Positions 59,110-64,000 of a stretch of 64,000 nt of DNA are shown here, one piece after another (position 1 is the stretch's first letter; each line of letters begins with the position of its first letter). Source of the DNA: Parcubacteria group bacterium (GTDB lineage Bacteria; Patescibacteriota; Minisyncoccia; Moranbacterales; UBA2206); contig JBAYWF010000005.1 in assembly GCA_041674205.1 (NCBI GenBank), positions 15,865 through 79,864 of the forward strand, given 5' to 3'. The notes below the pieces were generated by a model, which saw only the letters and a program-made list of their open reading frames with translations, did not search any database and was not told the origin of the DNA. The position numbers were made by a program, and so were the translations under genes.

Positions 59110-61098
59110 TCAATTCTTGTCAAGCGATATATCGACCTGCCGTTCATAACTGGGGATTTTGCCGGATATGAAAGACGGCCAATAGCTGACTTCTACCCTT
59201 TCAATATCGGAATATGCGCTTAAATAAGGCCTCAATTCATCCTCGCTTTTCCCTAGGACATCCTGTTTCAATTTCACCAAATCAATATCCGGCACGATAT
59301 TACCTTTGCCGTGGACCCGGATAATTATCGTACCGTCTTTGATATTCGCATCAGCTTTTCCAAATTCCAAATCAATAGAGTCTTCCGCCACAGCCATATC
59401 TTCCTCGCCCTTCTTTGCCAGCAAACCGGCGATTATGCTTTTGATGTCTTTCTCCTTAAAAACTATCGCGCTCGCTTTCATCTTGACCGTTATCGAAAAA
59501 CTGTCCGCGATATCCCCTGGTGATTTGGAAAGCATATATGACGATTCATCGATACTCACGGCATCATCCAATAAAATATATCCGTCACCAGCCGCTTCCT
59601 TCAATTTCTGATCCATCAACGGACGCAATTCCTGGGCAACCTTGGTTTTTGCCGAATTGATATCGGCATCCGTAATAGCTTTTACGGTCTGATTGCCTTG
59701 TCCGCCACCGGTCATCGCCTTGAATGACTTGGCATAGATTTTAGTATATTTCTCATTACCACTGCTCTGGAAACCGGGAATTGAAAAAGAGGTCGCCCCG
59801 ATATTATATCCGTCGCCCGACTCATCCGCGATAACCTCAGCCTCAATGGCACCTGGCTTGGTTTCCGTTCCTACTTTTTCCATCCCTGGCACCGTAACCC
59901 CGCTGACCAATCTGAATATTTTCTTATCGGTACTTTCAAATCTCGTAGTAGCCACCAACGGTTGCGGACTGGAACTGAACTCATTATAAATCGTAATCGT
60001 ACCGCGCGCTTTCTGGCTGGATGAATTTTTCGTGCCGCTCGTATCATACTCCCGGGAAATATCGCTGGAAACCGCAACCACCTTCGCCGGGATAATCTCC
60101 TTTTCCAAATCGACCGCGCCCGCGGTTATATTGCCATCTATCTGCGAATCAATCGTCTGGGTCTTGTTTTTTGTAAAAATCAATATCGATGCCTTAGGCA
60201 AAAAAACATATGCAGCCGCGCCAGAAATTATGATCGCAACGATAAGGACGACCGCGAAAAAATATTTCCAGACGCCCGTGCTTACGTTTATGCTTTTATA
60301 CTCGTCCTGGTTACCCATCTTCTGACGCTCAAAAAAACTGTCGGCTTTTTTCATTCTTGATTCATCCGGCAGCGGATTTTCAATAAATTCAGGCATTCCT
60401 TCCCGCTTAAATGGATTTTGCGGATTTTTGACTGCGGATTTTTTTACCGGTCGTATGAAATCATCATCTGCCGCCTCGCTTTCTTCGATAATTTCAACAT
60501 TCCGGATCATATCCATCGGCGCGTATCCCCCTCGCTTGGCTGTGTTTTTTTGAAAGGATGGCTGTTGTTTTTTCAAGTCATCCCCCATATCAACCACCAG
60601 CTCCTTATTCGTGATCCGCTCGCCATTTTCATCTTCCGTCCGTACCGGATTTTCCCCAACCAGATAAGCTTCCCTACCCAGCACATCGCTGATTTCCTCG
60701 GCTTGGTAGTAGCCATCCGAACCGATCTTATCTATCCGTTTCCTCTTTCCCGCATCACCGGCATCCGCTTGGCCCGCGTTGAGATCGATCTTGAATCCAT
60801 CCTCCAGCTCCTCTTCCACTTCGACTATCTCTTGGCCTTCAATATCATCCAGCTTCTGCTCGACCGCTATCCCAGCCTTTTCAATCAGCATCTTGCCAAA
60901 TTTATCCTGCGTCACGATAATAAGATCCTTCCGAATACTATCAGCCTCTTTTTTAAGTAATTTTAAATTTATGATGCTTTGGATAAGAATCGCTCTTTTT
61001 GGCACGACAACAACGACCTCTTTGGCTTTGGCCTTCCTCAGCCGGTCCACTATGGAGGTTATTTCTTCGTCTATATCGATATAGAATGTCTGATGCAC
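59110..61098 (-). CDS. Bitopic membrane protein with baseplate J/gp47-like extracellular domain
   Basis: DEEITSIVDRL N-domain, TM, ARGTITIYN..QPLVATTRF, GMTGG-type motif; GTG start. Confidence 0.7.
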   Translation of the reverse strand: MHQTFYIDIDEEITSIVDRLRKAKAKEVVVVVPKRAILIQSIINLKLLKKEADSIRKDLIIVTQDKFGKMLIEKAGIAVEQKLDDIEGQEIVEVEEELEDGFKIDLNAGQADAGDAGKRKRIDKIGSDGYYQAEEISDVLGREAYLVGENPVRTEDENGERITNKELVVDMGDDLKKQQPSFQKNTAKRGGYAPMDMIRNVEIIEESEAADDDFIRPVKKSAVKNPQNPFKREGMPEFIENPLPDESRMKKADSFFERQKMGNQDEYKSINVSTGVWKYFFAVVLIVAIIISGAAAYVFLPKASILIFTKNKTQTIDSQIDGNITAGAVDLEKEIIPAKVVAVSSDISREYDTSGTKNSSSQKARGTITIYNEFSSSPQPLVATTRFESTDKKIFRLVSGVTVPGMEKVGTETKPGAIEAEVIADESGDGYNIGATSFSIPGFQSSGNEKYTKIYAKSFKAMTGGGQGNQTVKAITDADINSAKTKVAQELRPLMDQKLKEAAGDGYILLDDAVSIDESSYMLSKSPGDIADSFSITVKMKASAIVFKEKDIKSIIAGLLAKKGEEDMAVAEDSIDLEFGKADANIKDGTIIIRVHGKGNIVPDIDLVKLKQDVLGKSEDELRPYLSAYSDIERVEVSYWPSFISGKIPSYERQVDISLDKN

Positions 61099-61100
61099 CT

Positions 61101-61131
61101 GATTAAAATTTACAACTTAAAATTTAAAATT
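61101..61131. repeat. Half copy (one arm) of the heptamer element
   Basis: GATTAAAATTTACAACTTAAAATTTAAAATT resembles the right arm of copy B. Confidence 0.55.
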
Positions 61132-62400
61132 CTATTTCTGTATCATCTTGACTGCCCGGCGCAATATTCCTGCCATCACCTTTTCTTCACCTGCCAGATC
61201 CAGCGCCAAATTGGCCAATCCCATCGGCGTTATATCCTGCGGATCCCTCAGCTCGCCTGTCGCGTCCGTTATATTGACCACATCCTTCGGCTGCAAAAAG
61301 CTGACTTGTGGCATCTTAGCAAACGGCAAATTTTTTGTCCACTTGGAATTAAGCAGAGCCCTCTTGATTCCCGGCAAACCGGAGCCGCCGCCGCATAGGA
61401 AAAACTTGGATGGCAAGGTGTCCGATTCGGCGAATTCCGCCAGCGACAATTCGACTCCCGACAACCAGACGCTGCAATCATCCTCCAACATCTTTTCAAC
61501 TTTTTGAGACACATCCTTGCCAAGCCGCCCCTCGGCGTATTTTATTTTCAAAATTTCAGCTTCCTCGAAAGTGATTCCCAACTCCTGGCCCAATCTTTTC
61601 GTAAAAGCGCGGCCGCCCAAGGCGAACATCTTCGTGCCTTCCAACCCGCCGTTGCGCACGACCGCGATATCGGTCGTGCCGCCGCCGATATCGATGAATA
61701 TGGCATTGAAATCCAACACATCCTCGATTCCCATCGAACGCGCTACCGCGTACGGCTCCGCTGCGATACTCAGCAGGTCCAACCTAAGTTCTTCCGCGAT
61801 GGCCTGCAACGCCCCCAGATGCACCATCGGCGCGTAGGCATTGAAAACCGAAATGGAAACGTCCCGCCCTTGGAATCCGACCGGATTGGTCACTCGATAG
61901 CCGTCGATGCGCACGTCCACGATCGCCGCGTTTATGAGCTTCACTTCAATTTCACTGTGCCCGGTTTCCCAAGCCAATTGTTGCCTGATACGATCAAAAG
62001 CTTTCCATTGGACTTTCTGGATAATATTTTTCAATTCTGGCAGATCAATCCTGATTTCCGGCTTAATCCTTTCGTAATGCACCGTCGTAGTCGTGCCTTT
62101 CACCAGCTCTCCGGCAATACCCATTATGGCCTTCTCGACCTTTTTGGTGCCCGCCATCTGTTTAGCCAAGCCGATAGCCTTCTTGGAATTTTCAATCACT
62201 CCCGCGATATCCGAAACCGCCCCGCTTTGCATATCGCCCAACCTTTGCCGGGCGCGCCCGACGCCAGCCACCACGCCATTGCCAGTTTCCGGATCGATCT
62301 TAAATACTAAAGCTTTCACCACTTCGGTCCCGATATCTAAAGACAATATGAAGTCCGTCGTCACTCCGCGCGAACCTAAAATTTTAGAAAAAATTCCCAT
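61132..62400 (-). CDS. FtsA-like actin-family ATPase (CPR paralog)
   Basis: LDIGTEVVKA, DIGGGTTD, GG..FT, AE.LK, CGGGSGL. Confidence 0.85.
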   Translation of the reverse strand: MGIFSKILGSRGVTTDFILSLDIGTEVVKALVFKIDPETGNGVVAGVGRARQRLGDMQSGAVSDIAGVIENSKKAIGLAKQMAGTKKVEKAIMGIAGELVKGTTTTVHYERIKPEIRIDLPELKNIIQKVQWKAFDRIRQQLAWETGHSEIEVKLINAAIVDVRIDGYRVTNPVGFQGRDVSISVFNAYAPMVHLGALQAIAEELRLDLLSIAAEPYAVARSMGIEDVLDFNAIFIDIGGGTTDIAVVRNGGLEGTKMFALGGRAFTKRLGQELGITFEEAEILKIKYAEGRLGKDVSQKVEKMLEDDCSVWLSGVELSLAEFAESDTLPSKFFLCGGGSGLPGIKRALLNSKWTKNLPFAKMPQVSFLQPKDVVNITDATGELRDPQDITPMGLANLALDLAGEEKVMAGILRRAVKMIQK

Positions 62401-62462
62401 TTGATAAAATCTGTTTTTTTATTTTTATTTGGATAGTCTAATTATAAAACAAAAGGGGGTGT

Positions 62463-62490
62463 TTGACAAACGGAACGGAGTTGCTATAAT
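62463..62490 (+). promoter_or_regulatory. sigma70-type promoter
   Basis: TTGACA-16-TATAAT with extended TG. Confidence 0.8.
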
Positions 62491-62556
62491 TTACTATTCT
62501 TTAAAAATAAACGGGGACCACCCCATCACAAACCAAAAACAAGAGGAGTAGACAAT

Positions 62557-63024
62557 ATGGAAAAAGAAAGCAGCCGCATATGGCTGGACGAGGAGCGGCT
62601 GAAATATTACTTGCCGCACCGCGACTTGGCACTAGCCATAGACAACGCCATTTACGATCTCGAAATTAGGGATCGACTGACAGCCACCAAAAAATTCGGG
62701 AAGAATGACCCTTATTTTATAGGCCACTTCCCCGGAAATCCGGTCCTGCCAGGGCATTGGCAACTGGAATTAATCTGTTTGGTCGGCGCCGTTCTGTGCG
62801 GATTGATGTTTCCCGCACAAAAGGGTTATCCGACCTTGACCGGATTTGACGGTATGAGATTGAGACGTCCCATAAGGCCGGATGACGTCATTGAAATAAA
62901 AGTGGCTTTTCTCCGGCAGGAAATCATCCACAGGAATATCCATTATTTCCTGTCGGGAGCGATTTTCCTCGGGAGGAAAAAAGCTTCCAGTGTCGAGGAA
63001 ATCCATGGGGTGTTGGTCACGTAA
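62557..63024 (+). CDS. FabZ/FabA-family 3-hydroxyacyl-ACP dehydratase-like hotdog protein, SD-led
   Basis: YLPHR, FIGHFPGNPVLPG..LE, RRPIRPDD; GAGGAG upstream. Confidence 0.85.
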   Translation: MEKESSRIWLDEERLKYYLPHRDLALAIDNAIYDLEIRDRLTATKKFGKNDPYFIGHFPGNPVLPGHWQLELICLVGAVLCGLMFPAQKGYPTLTGFDGMRLRRPIRPDDVIEIKVAFLRQEIIHRNIHYFLSGAIFLGRKKASSVEEIHGVLVT

Positions 63025-63043
63025 ACACCCCGGATACGGATAC

Positions 63044-63082
63044 AAAAAATGCTTGGAACGGAAAATCGTTCCAAGCATTTTT
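63044..63082. terminator. Bidirectional terminator
   Basis: AAAAATGCTTGGAACG-gaaaat-CGTTCCAAGCATTTTT. Confidence 0.85.
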
Positions 63083-63101
63083 AATTTTTTCCGAATAACC
63101 T

Positions 63102-64000
63102 TTATTCCAATATCGCCTTAATCCTGCGCACGCCGGCGCTCGACGCCTCTTCTTTTTTGATCTTGAAACGGCCGAGCTCGGACAAATTCCGCACATGCGG
63201 ACCGCCGCACAGCTCGATACTGAAATCGCCGATTTTGTAGACTTTCACGATGTCGCCATATTTGACTGGATCAAAAGAAACCTTGGCAATTTTCAAAGCC
63301 TCATCTTTGGACATTTCCGTCATTTCCACCGGAATCCCCGCTTGGATTTTTTGATTGACCAAGTCTTCCACCTCCTTCAATTTTTCCGGAGAAACTTTTT
63401 CCGGATAATTGAAATCGAAACGCAACCTTTCCGCCGTAATATTACTGCCTTTCTGATAGGTTTCCGGCCCCAGAATTTCCCGCAACGCCGCTAATAATAA
63501 ATGGGTCGCTGTGTGATATTTGGTTTCCATTTCACCCGCACCTTGCAAGCCGCCCTTGAACGCGCCGGCCGAAGCGGTACGGGAAAGGTCTTGGTGTTTT
63601 TTGAACTCCGCTTCAAATTCTTTTTTATCAACCGCTATGCCTTTTTCCTTGGCCAATTCTTCGGTCATCTCCAATGGAAAACCATATGATTGATACAGAT
63701 TGAAAGCTTCAGCCGCCGTAACCGCAAAAAGTTTATTGAATTCTTTCAATCCTTTTTCCAAAGTCTGCCTGAATTTATTTTCCTCTTTCTCCAATTCCTC
63801 AACAATCCTGCTTTCATTATTTTTCAATTCAGGATAAAACCCTTCGAATTCCTCCACTACGGCATATGCCAAATTTTTCGTAAAATTCGCGTTGATACCG
63901 AGTAATTTTCCATGCCGTATCATACGGCGAACTAAGCGGCGCAAAACATAACCGCGCCCGACATTGCTCGGTTCAACCCCGTCAGAAATTATAAAAACGC
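63102..64000 (-). CDS. alaS: Alanine--tRNA ligase, 3' part (short form lacking C-Ala domain)
   Basis: GRGYVLRRLVRR, HTATHLL, ELCGGPHV, SAGVRRIKA; runs off window edge. Confidence 0.95.
   Translation of the reverse strand, partial: VFIISDGVEPSNVGRGYVLRRLVRRMIRHGKLLGINANFTKNLAYAVVEEFEGFYPELKNNESRIVEELEKEENKFRQTLEKGLKEFNKLFAVTAAEAFNLYQSYGFPLEMTEELAKEKGIAVDKKEFEAEFKKHQDLSRTASAGAFKGGLQGAGEMETKYHTATHLLLAALREILGPETYQKGSNITAERLRFDFNYPEKVSPEKLKEVEDLVNQKIQAGIPVEMTEMSKDEALKIAKVSFDPVKYGDIVKVYKIGDFSIELCGGPHVRNLSELGRFKIKKEEASSAGVRRIKAILE

Noticed and set aside
59110-61098. Prophage or contractile injection system
   Set aside because: No capsid, terminase, sheath, tube or integrase; the protein has a TM and sits among core genes
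63102-63200. Truncated or pseudogenised alaS
   Set aside because: Ends cleanly after the editing domain with a terminator; C-Ala-less AlaRS is a known short form in reduced genomes
1-64000. Alternative genetic code (UGA=Gly) as in Gracilibacteria/Absconditabacteria
   Set aside because: Conserved genes are full length in code 11, and corA and recR end at TGA at the expected positions

Overview
64 kb of a bacterial chromosome in genetic code 11. It looks like Patescibacteria/CPR, most like Parcubacteria such as Moranbacteria; this is inferred from the DUF4012 gene, the FtsA-like plus baseplate-J-like pair, the short AlaRS, the SD-less core genes and the near-absence of metabolic genes. Layout: 1-20.6 kb is a surface-glycan locus (GT-C-like membrane proteins, GT2/GT4, galU, rmlA/B/D, FdtA-type cupin, embedded glyA). 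20.7-24.4 kb holds secreted Gln-rich proteins, a sortase and its LPATG substrate. 24.6-33 kb covers proteostasis, division and redox (catalytically dead HtrA paralog, clpB, htrA, PPIase, ferredoxin, rubrerythrin). 33-38 kb is nucleotide housekeeping. The rest is hrcA-grpE-dnaK with a perfect CIRCE, corA-cysS, dus-dnaB-recR, the infA-rpmJ-rpsMKD-rpoA-rplQ-rplM-rpsI cluster, an ftsA-like pair and the 3' end of alaS. No tRNA, rRNA, CRISPR, integrase or transposase was seen. The most striking signal: core genes essentially lack Shine-Dalgarno sequences, yet ten orphan genes scattered through the window have SD motifs (mostly strong), usually their own sigma70 promoter and a long terminator hairpin, forming moron-like cassettes. 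They include a solo FabZ-like dehydratase and an unannotated 48-aa peptide resembling the EF-Ts N-terminal domain. A second signal is a dispersed family of about 100-bp AT-rich heptamer-periodic palindromes that fill intra-operon spacers, plus a four-helix-bundle (IVS/Avd-like) gene carrying its own inverted 9-mer repeats. All family assignments are by eye from motifs; no database search was run.
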